Shown in pieces: positions 12,723 to 25,097 of a stretch of 64,000 nt of DNA; position 1 is the first letter of the stretch; the number at the start of each line of letters is the position of its first letter. This stretch comes from Squalus acanthias (lineage: Eukaryota). Position numbers and translations under genes: made by a program. The stretch covers positions 39,246,001 to 39,310,000 of the forward strand of contig CM059436.1 of NCBI GenBank assembly GCA_030390025.1, read 5' to 3'. The notes beneath the pieces were generated by a model. The model searched no databases. It had not been told where the DNA came from and worked only from the letters and a program-made list of their open reading frames with translations.

Positions 12723-13204
12723 ATACATACGGCATAGCTTATTTTCTAGTAATCCACTCTGAAAGCCAACTTGTAATGCTGCAGTGGCAGCCATGTGATG
12801 CCCTTTTAACATCGGGCCTAATATTGCCATCAAGTTTATTATCCTTTCACCTACGTGATTGCTATGAACAGTGTACTACATACTGTAATGAATAACTAGA
12901 GTTGCTAGTGAGTTAAGGCAAGCGTTCAATCTCTCTTCTGTTGATGTAAATTGTTTGAATTTTGCTGTCTTGGTTCACAGTGCAATTGAAATTTGTGATT
13001 GTTGGCTTAAACTTGTTGCCGGCTGTCCATTATTTTGCATCTTACCCCTTATAGACAGTTTCCCGATGTTGAAAAAAATAATTAAAATAAAACCATATGA
13101 ATTTTCGCTTGGCTATAAGGAAAAGATTGTTATCACTTAACATATTGGAGTCTGTATAAGAGTGCTGAGAAGTGGGATTAACTTTGATATTTTAGTTATT
13201 GCCT

Positions 13205-13500
13205 GATGCGGCCGTTCTTCATCGGAGGGTAGGGGGTGGGGAGGGGGCATGTTGATTGTTTAACAGCCTGACAACAATGAGCGGTATCACATCAAGCCTG
13301 AGTCTGTCCTCACCTGACATCATCAATTGACATTGAAAATGCGCACTTTCGAGCACATCTCGGGATGGTGATCAAAGGCTGATTCCCCTCCGCAATACTC
13401 AACCAGGGACACTGAGGCCAGGTGTTTTTCCCTCACCGCCGCTCCAACTGAGATTGGTGAGCCTGGGATTGTTTTGGTCATCACATCCTCTAGACTGGTA
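13205..13500 (-). mobile_element. Old SINE, same family as 9895-10297
   Basis: Colinear motifs ggccgttcttcat, ggatggtgatc, ggctgattcccctcc, gggacactgaggcc, ccaactgagat. Confidence 0.55.
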
Positions 13501-16254
13501 TATGCAATCATTAGATTTTTAAATGATTTTTTCTAGAGTTCTTTTCTGAGGAACCCTTTAATTAAACTTTTACTGTGCAGTAAATTTTAATATTCCTCCA
13601 CTCAAAGCACTGAAGTAATTTTTTGTTTGTGAGTGTAAGTGTTAAACTATTCTTTGCAATATCCGGCTTGGCGGTTAAAGCTATGTTAAAGCGGTTTGTG
13701 TATCCAATCCACTGACATTTGTTCTTTGATCTGGGTTCCTGCCAAGTATAGAACCAGCACACATGGTTGAACAGCCAAGGTCAGTGGGATGAGCACACAA
13801 ACTATATATCCTGAATCAAACATTACAGTAAAAATCTGAGTCTTTTTACAAAACAGAAGATATTAAGAAGCCTTATTTGTTTTCAACAAAGTCGCTTTGA
13901 ATTCTGAATCTGTACATCAAGGAAGCAGTCATTTTGTGATGAATATGAAGCATTACAATTCTCTGACAAAGAGCTGTATAGTATATAGGTCTGAATGCCA
14001 GTCACCAAACTTAATAGCGCAAAGTGATTACTGTATCGCAATAGTTAGTTGGGGTGCTTTTATTGTAAGGTCAATCAATGTGTTAATGGAAAATAAACCA
14101 ACATAAACTATTTGCCACAGCCTAAAACCTTTTTGAATAAAAATGAACATCTGATGACTAACCTTTTTAATCAAATAGTAATGATGAAGGAAACATTAGT
14201 GCATGGACTCACTTATCACAGAGCTACAGGGTAAAAATTCTTCCTCATTAGTACCTACAATCCAGGTTGCCATCTGAGGATATACAGAGTGGAGATACGA
14301 TGCTTTCCCATGAAGCAGGGGAGGGAAAATCAGAGGAGAAGGCAATCTATGCCATTCTTGTGCACCTCATAGAAACTATTTCAGAGTGATATGGGCAGAG
14401 GCTTGGGAAAACCATTGCCTACATTTCCCGGCCTGTCCTTTGCAAAATACTTGTACTGTAGCAGGGTGGACCAATGGCACTGGAGAGAAAATAAGTTATA
14501 AAATAGGGATAATAATAGAGAAAATTCAATGTAAAGGCAGCCCAAGTGTCACAATACAGTTCTGCCTGCTAGATGTTCAAAATTAACCATCTGTCATACA
14601 TACTAATTCTATAGTTTCAGATAATCATTATATCTTAATATTTATGTTACTTGCATATTAAGGCCATAGGTGTGTGTGTATGTTACAATATAAAATCCAG
14701 TATCACAAACTAGCCAACTATGGTTTTCCAATAAACCATGCAATTAACAGTTTCTACATTTAATATTAAAATAATTACATTGGTAAGAAAGTTGACCATC
14801 TATTTCAACCTATCCTTATCAACTAAATAATTAGTTAAGGTAAACTGTGTTCTTTATGCAGTAATGCTGTATCATTAATTATTCAGAATTTCCGCCAAAG
14901 GTGACATTCAGCAGTTCTAACTGTTGATCGTGCACACAAACTGCTAACTGATTCAAGACAGAAAGCATTTGTTGTCGCCAATTACTAAACTGTACAAAAA
15001 CAGCAATAATAGTTATATAATGCTTTCCAAGCACAAAAAGTGAAATTATGAGGAGATTTATACTTCAATTACAGAATTACAGAACTCTTTAAAGGAAAAA
15101 ATTCTTCATAACTAAGATCCCGAACACAGAAAAAATACTATTCTGGCAATTTGGAAGCAAATCTCAAGTTCAATTCAATTTCTGGTTGGGCTTTAAAGAT
15201 TACATTTAGTCACTGAACTGCTCAACTCACATCACCAAGTCCACCATTTTGACTATAGTATGAGAGGAGTTTACATAAGGTGCAAGTTGGGCAGATTTCT
15301 GACATAAAGCTTATTTCTGGACACTGTTTTGTATTCAGACTCAGTAGTTATCATTTGAGGTTTGCTACAATACTTTTTTTTTAAGCTTTAAGGGCTTTGA
15401 CGTATAGAAATTCACTTGCGCCCATTCACTGGCTCTGGTAAGTGGAGAATATCATGTCTTGTTTATTTGTATAGCAGAGCCAATAATAAATTTCCATGTA
15501 CATTTATGGGGTATTAATTATGGAGAAAAATAAATTAAAAGCACATAGCAGTTTTCAGCATAATTTACACATTGTAATAAGAAATTAGTACAATTTGGGC
15601 ATTTAATATTTTGACTATTTTCACTATTGGAAAATGCACAGCATAAACTCTCGTACATTTTAGATGAAACTGCCAATAGATCTTAAAATGCAGTATAACT
15701 TTTTTAGATTTTCTGGGCATAAAACCTCAATGTCCACACTTCATTCAATCAGCAATAAACAAAACAGCAGGGTTAAATAACTGACTTTAAAACTAAGGAG
15801 AGAGGGTTATAGTTAACTGAAATAAATGACTGTTCTTTACAATCCTATGCATCATTCTTGCACAGAACGTTGCAATCTATACATTTTTGGCACGTATCAT
15901 TAAAACTGTAAATGCATGTAATGAAGCTTAAAATTTTAGGATCCAGAGAATTTTAAAAAATTGCATTGCAGTTTTTTTTAATAAAAAGGTCAAAGGATGA
16001 ATCCTCAAATATAGACCTGTGAGCCTTAGCTCAATTGTGGGGAATGTCTTCAAGATTTTGACGAGGGGTGGCGTAAGCAATCATTTGACAGGTCTGACTA
16101 GAGAGAACCAGTGTGGGGTCAGGAGGAGCAGGTGATGTCTGACCAGTTAACCGGAGTAATTTGAAGAGATTACCGAACTAGTGGACGTTATCTAACTGAA
16201 TTTGAATTGTTGGGGCTATTTGTATTGGAATGAGGCAGCAGAGTGAGGGGACGT

Positions 16255-16460
16255 GAATGGTGTCAGAGTCAGATGGAATATAAGGAAATATTATTTTACC
16301 AAGAAAGTAGACAGTTTTGGAACAGCTCATCAAGGGAGGTTGTAAGGATAAGTAGTTTAGATCTCCAAGGTAAATTGGACAAATATCTTGACGAGAAGCA
16401 CATTATTGGATACAACTGCTAGGATAGTAGGAAAGAGACCTGCCAGGATTTATATTCCTT
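16255..16460 (+). mobile_element. Old CR1 LINE 3' fragment
   Basis: aggaaatattattttaccaagaaagt...tggaacagctc...aaattggacaaatatctt resembles the RRNFFTQRVV..WN CR1 ORF2 C-terminus seen intact at 38454-38948. Confidence 0.6.
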
Positions 16461-16539
16461 TCCACTTCGAGAGTTTCTATGTTTCTACCTGCCCCACATA
16501 ATGGGCTGATTCATAAAGTGGCTGGAAGGTAGATAACAA

Positions 16540-18510
16540 AAGGCTGTGGTACTTGGGAAGAGTTGGGCTACAGTTGTTTATAAATGTTATAAATGTCTTA
16601 GAATATTCTCCAAGGTGTCTTAATTTTTCAAGTAACACCAAATTGGGTGCAGCGGCCAATGGTGTTGACCAATGTGTGATAATTCAAAGGGATCCAAAGG
16701 TGAGGTCAATGGGCAGAGAGCTGGCAGACAGTATTCAACACAACTAATTGTAAAGTGATGAGATTAGACAGAAGAATTTAGATTATATATTAAATGACAA
16801 CATACTTGAGGTAAAAAAGCAGGGAATAGATCTGGGATTTTGGTGGATAGTTTATTAAAACAGTCCACTATTTGCAGGTGCTGAAGAAAGCAAATGAAAT
16901 GTTAGAGTGTATAGCTAGGAGTGTGACTTAAAAGTGTAAAGAGGTAATGTTGAAGTTGTTTTAGAACTTGATGAAACTGAGTCTGAAGTAGTTTCCAGTT
17001 GTGATCTCCCTATGCGGAAAAGGTGATGAATTATTGGTCCAGAGGGAGGGTAAGAGGCTAATTCCTGAATTTAGAGGACTGAGATATGAGGAAAGATTGT
17101 CTAGTCCGAAATTTTACTCTTAGGAAAAGAGAAGAATGAGGGGGGCACTTGAGAGCGCTTTTAAAAAAAAATATGGAGCAGAATTTACAGTCGGTATGAT
17201 GGTATACTCTCAGAGTACGCTGTCATACCGCCGTTGAAATTGACTGCAAGTTTGGGATTTATGCGTGAAATGGCGAACTTGCGATCTGTCAAGTTCTGAC
17301 TAGACAGATCATCTGCTGCAGCTGTCAAATCCTCTTTGCTGGTGCAGAGTTGGGCTAATTGCACACCAACTGCGCAGCAATTATGCAGGAAAATTTTACG
17401 GCTAGTGCAAACAGGCGCAGGAGCCTGTTTGCACAGTGTAAGAGGAGGGGGGGAGATATGCAATATTAGGTGAAGCATCAAAACAGCAGCTTGAAATATG
17501 GTTTTCAGTGTGTGATGAATGGGCTTAAAATTTATCAAACTTAAAAGCAGTTAAGATAAAGTAAGATTAAATATAAATAACTTTTTTCCTGGAACAGCAA
17601 GTGCTAATTGCACTATTTCAAAAGACAGGTTCTCATAATCTCCAGGTTAATGAACTTGGAATATTTGGAATGCTTTAGAGATTTAGGGCACTTTCATTTT
17701 TGTGCATTAAAAATCATGTCTGTAATAAGTTCATGGCTAATACAATATTGCGTAAACGGAAGGTGGGTTCCAAAGCTCTAAGTACGTGTCGCCATTTAGA
17801 GATTAATTTTTTTCTTGAATGGCCTAAATATTGGAAGTTGACCCACACTTCCACATGAAATTCTGCACCGACTGCCGAACATGTCAATGTGCACCAGAAA
17901 CAGGAGGACAGCAGAAAAGTCTTCTCAAATCCAGGCCCTACAAATGAATGGGCACTGGAGATTTCTGTTTCCTGATTGGTGCACCGCCCCACGTGATCTC
18001 AGGTACGCTTACGCACATGGTGCGCCCCTGGGATCCGTAGGCCACTACGCTGCGCACAACTCCGCAGCGAAACAACGCACGTTTTCGAAGGGGGCCTTGC
18101 ACCAGGTAAGTGTGGATTTTGTTCGGAGGTCGGCAGCGTACTCCTTAGTTACGCCGCCGACCGCAATTTCCCGGCTTATGTGTATGGAGAATTTGGATTC
18201 AGGAAAGTTCTTGTGTCAGATACAAGATACAAGGAGTAGTTTACCATTAAGGATGCCAACAGTAAATGGGAAATTTAGACAACTTTTTTATGTAGTAAGA
18301 GAGTGGTAGAAATATGGTAAAGACCACCAATGGGCATATTAGAACAGAAAGACATGGCAGGTTTTAACAAAGGGCTGGATAAATTCCTAGGAGGAAAGGT
18401 GACACTGGGCTGTTAGCTTCAGAATCACAGTAAGGAAACTGATGGAAGGTTGGAGTGGTAGGCCAGATGGACCAGTGATATTCTCCTGCCCAAAAACATT
18501 ACTTTGTGCT
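16540..18510 (+). mobile_element. Old CR1 LINE (RT region to 3' end), split by a MITE at 17175-18176
   Basis: Degenerate RT motifs (VLG..L.LFI..IN; ..TKLG; gaaagcaaatgaaatgttag; tatgaggaaagattg; gagaagaatgagggg). The LINE resumes after the MITE and ends ...ggccagatggacc. Confidence 0.75.
17175..18176. mobile_element. Harbinger-type MITE with TAT TSD
   Basis: Ends ggagcagaatttacagtcgg / ccgaccgcaatttcccggct; TAT at 17172-17174 and 18177-18179; interrupts a CR1. Confidence 0.85.
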
Positions 18511-18524
18511 ACTACGTTACCATT

Positions 18525-18640
18525 TGTGTGAAAGGTAAACTTACCTGCCCTCTCCACAGATGCTGACTGACCTGCTGTGTCTTTTCAGCATTTTCTGATT
18601 TTGTTTCAGATTTCCAGCATCTGCAGTATTTTGCTTTTTT
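18525..18640 (+). mobile_element. Penelope-like retroelement terminal-repeat fragment
   Basis: ctctccacagatgctgactgacctgctg...cagcattttctg...ttcagatttccagcatctgcagtattttgcttttt matches, from recall, the abundant shark Penelope-associated terminal sequence. Confidence 0.6.
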
Positions 18641-19159
18641 AAATTGGCGAGCAAACTTCTCTTGTCTGTAGCTTGTATATTATGTGTGGGTTGTATAATG
18701 TTCTAGGTTCTCTATTTTGTTAATCCCCTGTCATAATTGGACTTGTCATAAATTTGTTTACCAAAGCTCCTGTCATGCTTTTGGAGGGGGGGGGGGGGGA
18801 GTAATTGCTACTTCCTAAATGAATGTGCAGCAACAAATCTAATCCTAATAGTACACACTGACAGAGCAGTAGATTACATTCTTACCTTGGAATTTGTTTG
18901 GGGACATCAATAAAAATGACTAATTTGATTATTGACCAGCTATGCTCTTGCATTTTCATAGTGATTATTATACAAATAATGATTGTATTTAGGGAAGGGA
19001 AAGATTAGGCTATTTCCTTCCTAAAAACAATGAATGAATTTACAGATATATAGAAGGATTATGATTCATGCACAGTACAGGTAGCAAAAAAAAGATAATT
19101 AGTATCCAACAGGTTTGAGTAGATATTTCTTTTAGCCCTTGAGCAGTATTTCAGAGGAA

Positions 19160-19545
19160 GTCATACACCACAGCAGGAGGCCATTTGACCCATCATTCCG
19201 GTGTTGGAGCTAGCTCTTCAACTGGAGCTATCTACTTTAATCCTATTTCCTTCCCTTTCCCCATTTCTTTTCATATTCCTTTTCAAATACCTATCCGATT
19301 CCATTTAAATGATGTTACAGCCACTGCATTAATAGCCGCTTGTGGTAAAGTATTCCACATCCTAATGATATTCTTGTGAACAAAACCTCTTTTAACCTCC
19401 CCCTTCATTCTTCTAGTGATAATCCTCAGTCTGTGACCCCTTGTTCCCGATTCACCAACCAGTGGAAACAATCCTTCACTGTTTGCCTTCTCAAAACCTT
19501 TCATAATTTTGAAAATGTCTATTGCGTTCCTCCTTAATCTTCTAT
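19160..19545 (-). mobile_element. CR1/HER1 LINE 3' end
   Basis: ORF 19283-19504 (-) MKGFEKANSEGLFPLVGESGTRGHRLRI...MWNTLPQ is the CR1 ORF2 C-terminus, followed by the tail. Confidence 0.9.
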
Positions 19546-20417
19546 ACTATATTGTTTTTCTCCTTGCTCATCTTACCGTGAGTCAGATGTTAAGTATGAT
19601 TGGGAAATAATGCTGGTTTTGAGCTGAATCTTGAAGTGTTTACTTTTTGCTGTTTATAGTTTAATGGGCACAATAGTCTTGTCCTGCATGAATGAATATC
19701 CGTGTTGTGTGCTGCGGCTCCACGACAGATGATACCTCTTATCTCCTGTGATTTGGAATTTAAAAGCCAGTGAAGCTCAACAATTGTATATTCTGATTTA
19801 AATGGGCTGAAAATGGCACTTTATTTAAATTTCAAAACTAAAAAAAATGTAAATGATGCAGTCCTGTTTAATGCAGATCATTCTTAAGCAGGTGAAACCT
19901 CAAGTCTGTTTTTAAACTCTATATGAGATTTCAAAAATAAAACTAAGCAGGTGAATGGGATTAGATTTTCTTTAAAAAATGAAGTTAGCTCGCACTTATT
20001 TTACATCTACAATAATTGGGTTGAATAGACCTGTACTCTAGATTACAGTATGCAAATTAACCTGATACATGCTTATGAGATATTAATCTTTATCACATTG
20101 AATGACTGAGCGTGTATCAGCTAAGCTATTTTATATCTTTTGCTTTCTTCAGCCATAGGTTTTGTGATAAAATATTAAAATTACTAATAACTGCAGTCAT
20201 TTGTATTTATTGAAAATGGTGAAACCTAGTTTATTGGCTTAATTAAAGTAACCTCCTCTGAACTGCCATTTCAAAGTGCTTTGCAAATAACATGCTCTTT
20301 TCCAGAAATGAGTTTTCGGTTAAGTATATTTCAAAATGTGAGTGCTGGATTCATAAACCTATGATGCTACGATTTGAAGTACTCTTGAGTACTACGTGGC
20401 CTAGTGAATTTACTGAT

Positions 20418-20841
20418 GAAAGAAGGAACTTGCATTTGGTACCTTTGACAACTTCAGGGTGTCCCAAAGCACTTCACAACCAATTAATTGCTTTTGAAGT
20501 GTTACTTTTTAGGCAAATGGGGCAGCCAATTTGTGCACAGTAAGGTCCCATAAACAGCAATAAACAAATGACCAGTTATTCTGTTTTTGGAGCTGTTGAC
20601 TGAGGGATAAATATTTGCAAAGATACTGGGAGAACTCCCCTGCTCTTCTTCAAATAGTGTCACAAGATCTCTTACATCCACTTGAACATGCAGACAGGAC
20701 CTCAGTTTAATGTCTTTTTCGAAAGACAACATGTTCGACAGTGCAGCACTCCCTCAGTACTGCATTGAGGAGTAAGCCTGGAGTGGGGCTTGATCCCATG
20801 ACCTTCTGACTCAGGAGAGAGTGCTACCACTGGGCCAAGCT
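20418..20841 (-). mobile_element. Deu-domain SINE (SacSINE1/AmnSINE1-like), full length
   Basis: Reverse complement: tRNA-like head tggcccagtggtagcactctc...gggatcaagcccc, Deu core cagtactgagggagtgctgcactgtcg...ggatgtaagagatc..gacactatttgaagaagagcagggg, L2-like tail ending aaatgcaagttccttctttc. Confidence 0.9.
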
Positions 20842-21007
20842 ACTTTGGAGTCCAGGAGGAATGCAGTTCATGCACATTACAGCTAGCAAAAAGATACCTT
20901 CATTAGTATGGCATTGCTTAGATTGTAATGCATTTTTTTGACATTGGAAAATAAAATGTAACAAAAGACAATGATTTTGTTTGCTGGAGTTTCCAAAGCT
21001 TTATTCA

Positions 21008-21073
21008 ATTTTACAGAGTAATGACGGTGAACGCTGACAGTTTTGTCATCATTACAGCCACAAATTCCAAGTC
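21008..21073. mobile_element. Solo terminus of the 21825/31392 MITE family
   Basis: gtaatgacggtgaacgctgacagttttgtcatcattacagccacaaattcc parallels the right end of 31392-32222. Confidence 0.55.
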
Positions 21074-21249
21074 ATTATGTTGCCAGGGAGCTTTGGGGGA
21101 GGTGGAATGAAGAGGTAGTTGCCTTGCAAGGTCCTTGGCTCAGTAAGTTCTGTAAATTTTATCTTAAAATAACGCATGTTAATCAGGCTTGAATAGTGTG
21201 TCGATGTCAGATTATGGCAGTAGTTTTTAGTGCACCCTATATCCATAAA

Positions 21250-21571
21250 GCACTTACCTGTTCTCGCCTCCCTTTAGTTGTCGGGTTTTCCGAGGCCCGG
21301 GAAACCCGGCCGGCCAGCGTTAAAACTGGAACAGAGAAAGAATCTGAGGCACGCAGCCTCATGAAAATATCTAAATGAGTGACCTGCCTCCTGGGAGCAG
21401 GTTGGCCACCTGCCCCTCCCCTCCCCCCCCCCCCCCCCCCCCCCGCTCTGCCTCTGTTAAAATCGAAAGTGGGCTGGTTAAAGATGGGTTGGGTTCGGGT
21501 TTACGATTTTTTACATTTTTAGTTCCCATCCGACCCAAACCCACCTGTTTTTGGGGTTAAAATTCCCCCCC
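21250..21571 (-). mobile_element. Truncated Harbinger MITE, inverted homologue of the left part of 24452-25097
   Basis: ccgacccaaacccacctgtttttggggttaaaattccccccc is the reverse complement of the 24452 terminus gggggggattttaaccccaaacaacaggcgggtttgggtcgg. Confidence 0.8.
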
Positions 21572-21824
21572 GTGCTAATATTGCAATGGCATCTAGTGAG
21601 TCGATCATGCAGTAATGGAAAATGTAGTAGTGTGCAGCAACAGTGTTAACTACACAACTGATACTCATATTCATAGAATGAGTTGGAGCCGTATTAGCTA
21701 CATTTACGATGATAAGCACATCTTAAACTTCTGCTTCAAAATCACACTCTTGCCTATCAGTGGGTGACTAATGAAAGACTTGTTGATTTTCAATATATTG
21801 CCATCTTCTGTAAATAGACTTTTT

Positions 21825-22729
21825 GGGCCAGAATTTGCAGTAAGAACATAAAAACATAAGAAATAGGAGCAGGAGTAGGCAATTTGGCTCTTCAAGCCTG
21901 CTCCGCCATTCAATAAGATCATGGCTGATCTTTTACCTCATCTTCACTTTCCTGCACTATCCCCATATCCCTTGATTCGGCAAACTAACAGTGTTCGCCA
22001 TTATTACCCCTTTGGATCTGACTGCAACTTCAGAATTTAGCGCATGAGCATCGAAACGTGGAAATCCTGAAGTTGTGGTCAGTCATTCACTGCTCCGACA
22101 CTGGCTGCGCTGTTCCTCCCCACACCCCCACCACCACCCCCCCCCCCCAACCACCCCCCCCCCATCCCCCATAGCCGGGAATCAGTGAACCTGATGAAAA
22201 CTTGGGCTTTTCCGCAGTAATATCGCTGTTAAATACCCCATTAACAGTTAGACCTTGTTGGATTAGGTGTAACTGGGGTTTTAACAGCGTATTGACTGCT
22301 AAACAAATGTTATGGCCCTGAAAAACTAATTTTAATTTTGTGTTGTGTCAAATTTCTCCATTATGATAAAAATTACAACTTTTAAGAAATTTAAAAAAAA
22401 AATGTAAGTTTGTTTTCAGATATTTCAGGTTCTACGTTATGCTGATGTGAGAGCCCCAATCTTTGTTTTGCTCTCTCTAACATTTTTAAAAAGTTGGGAT
22501 AAAAGCAGGTTCTCATTTCCTGGTTCCCTGTCTGTGAGAATTCTGCAATGTGATTGGCTGCTTAGACAGCTTGTTGACATCAAAGCAGATCGCACGAGGG
22601 AATTCCCACTATGCTGTGCTGAAATCACTTACGCGCCAAAAAAGGCACACTTTTCGCGATCTGTGGGCAGCTTTCTTCGCGGCCAGCAGCGAGCACCTTT
22701 GCTTCGCTGCTGACCACAAATTCCGGGCC
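21825..22729. mobile_element. Harbinger-type MITE
   Basis: TIRs gggccagaatttgcagt / accacaaattccgggcc; inverted homologue of 31392-32222. Confidence 0.8.
21842..21978 (-). mobile_element. HER1/CR1 3' tail inserted into the MITE
   Basis: aagaacataaaaacataagaaataggagcaggagtaggc...ccccatatcccttgatt is the reverse complement of the tail at ~38965-39100. Confidence 0.9.
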
Positions 22730-23814
22730 AATACTTTCTGTTTTTTGGGAGTAATTGGCACATCTAGTTTTACTTTCTAACGGTAAGTAAAGAATAGTGA
22801 AGCAGAGGCCAGCAGACTGGTGTTGTGATTGTCCTCGAGTGACTGTTAATAAAACGGTAATAATCAGTTAAGTATTGTGGCACCTTTGTACGTTGCAACA
22901 ATCATTATTTCATCTTCAATTACGTTGTATGTCTAATATTTTTAAACACTTAACTTTACAGCTGGCAGAGAAAATAGAATCTACATATTAAATGGTAACT
23001 TTAAACCTGAGAGTTGGAATTATTCCTTTAATTACTTTATTCAGTTTACCCTCCATTTATTTACTAAAATGTTTCTCAACCATTTTTATTCCTTTTGCCA
23101 GAACATTTGATAGTTAATTAAACCACTTAGGTTGCCACAAAATCTTTCTTCTCATTATAAGTTATGGGCAAATTATGTTCCTGTGAACTTGCAGTTCTCA
23201 GATAATGTCTGCCTTCTATCATATTGTTCTTATTTAAGTATTGTAATGAAATGGTTATCACAGGGCTCCTTTATTGTATCATTTACCTAATGGATTGAAC
23301 GAAGAGCAATCAGTGACATTTGTGGAGGCACCATCCTGATTTAAGAGGACAGAATGGATGTAGGGTTCTTTAGGAGAAAGGAAAGAGAGAGAAAATAGGG
23401 TAATGGAAGAAATCCCATTGTAATTAATTTTACCCAATTATAGTAGAAAGCAACACTAACTATTATGCTCATCATAGATTTTGATAAATTAAGTAATATT
23501 AAAATCTGGACACTCACAAAGAGTTTGTTATGCATGGATCCCAGCTGTATGCCAGAGACCACCTTAGTAAAATTACCTCTGGGAAACTCTGTGAAGGTTT
23601 AATATCCAGTGCTAAATAGTTCAAATAAACTGGACTACTGTTTAGATCTTGATCGTGTAGTGCTGAATACAAATTATGTAATCTTTTAGATTGGATGCCA
23701 AAGCCAAACCCATTTGTTTAAATAATATGGCATTGTATTTCTCCGTTTAATGTATTTCTTTTCTATTATGTTTTCACTAACAAGTGCCAACACTTGGTTC
23801 CAATACTTGGAGTT

Positions 23815-24180
23815 TCTTTAAAATGATAAAGGCATTCAATTGGGTAGATACACAGAAACTATTTCCTCTGGTGGGGGAATCCAGAACAAGAGGGCATAAT
23901 CTTAAAATTAGAGCTAGGCCCTTTAGGAGTGAAATCAGGAAGCACATTTTCACACAAAGGGTAGTGAAAATCTGGAACCCTCTTGCCCAAGAGGCTGTGG
24001 ATGCTGGGGAAATTGAAACTTTAAAGATAGATCGAAAGATTTCTGTTAGGTATGGGTATGAAGGGATATGGAATAAAGGCTGGTAAATGGAGTTGAGGTA
24101 GAGATCAGCCATGATTAATTAAATGGTGGAACCGGCTTGAGGGGCTGAATGGCCTACTCCTGTTCATATCTTTCTATGTT
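23815..24180 (+). mobile_element. CR1/HER1 LINE 3' end
   Basis: ORF 23784-24086 KLFPLVGESRTRGHNLKIRARPFRSEIRKHIFTQRVVKIWN, then ggggctgaatggcctactcctg tail. Confidence 0.92.
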
Positions 24181-24451
24181 CAGGGATCAAGGGAAAACTC
24201 TACCAAGGTAGAACCTATGATAAATCACATTGTACATAGTCAGTGAAAGAAGTGTGTTTGATGAGTCAGATGATCTTTTCTTCTTCCATCCATTTTTACA
24301 TTTTCTCTATGTGCAGCAAAATGGATAGTTATTAGACGTAATAAACAATTGTAAAGAAATTCATGATGTAAGATGTAGAAAAACTTACCATGTGAAATCA
24401 CTGCTTTTTTAAAAAAAAGTACCCTCTTTTTGCACTTCTTCCAGACAATAT

Positions 24452-25097
24452 GGGGGGGATTTTAACCCCAAACAACAGGCGGGTTTGGGTCGGGTGGGAG
24501 GATAAAATGTTAAAAATCTGAATCCCGAGCCCAACCTGCCTTCAACCCGCCCACTTCCGGTTTTAACGGAGGCAGAACGGGGGTGGGGGGGGGGGGGCGG
24601 GTTGTCATTTAAATATTATAATGAGGCTGCATGCCTCATATTGAGCCACCATTTCAAATTTAACTCTTTCCGGCCGGGTTTCCTGGGCCTCGGGAGGCGA
24701 GGACTGCTGGATCTAGGAGGTAAGTACCTTTCCACTTGCCTGCTGGATCCAGCGCACCTGCTTCCCACGATCGGCCACCCCCGACCCTTCCGACTTCCCC
24801 CCCCCGATTCCTCCGATCTCACCCCCCAAGGCCTCTGATCTCACGGCTAAGGCCTCTGATCCCCCGGCCTCTGATCCCTCCCTCCTCTACGCTCCCTGGC
24901 TGCAGCCTGGTGCTGGAGGCCTACCTGCCCGACAGCCAGCCTCTCAACCTGGCTGTGGGCAGGAAATGGTGAAAAAGAAGTTAGTCAGGTCCTGCCGTTA
25001 AATTCGGCAGGGCCCAAGGGAAACCCGTTTTTCCGGGTTTCCCGACCTCAATCCAGCCCCCTTGCTCCCTCCCTGCCGCCGAGTAAAAATCTAGCCC
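24452..25097 (+). mobile_element. Harbinger-type MITE
   Basis: TIRs gggggggattttaac / gtaaaaatctagccc; flanks TAT/TAA (one mismatch); internal ggcctctgatc x3. Confidence 0.85.

Noticed and set aside
20790-20841. tRNA gene
   Set aside because: This is the tRNA-derived head of a Deu-SINE, continuous with the SINE body; there is no complete cloverleaf.
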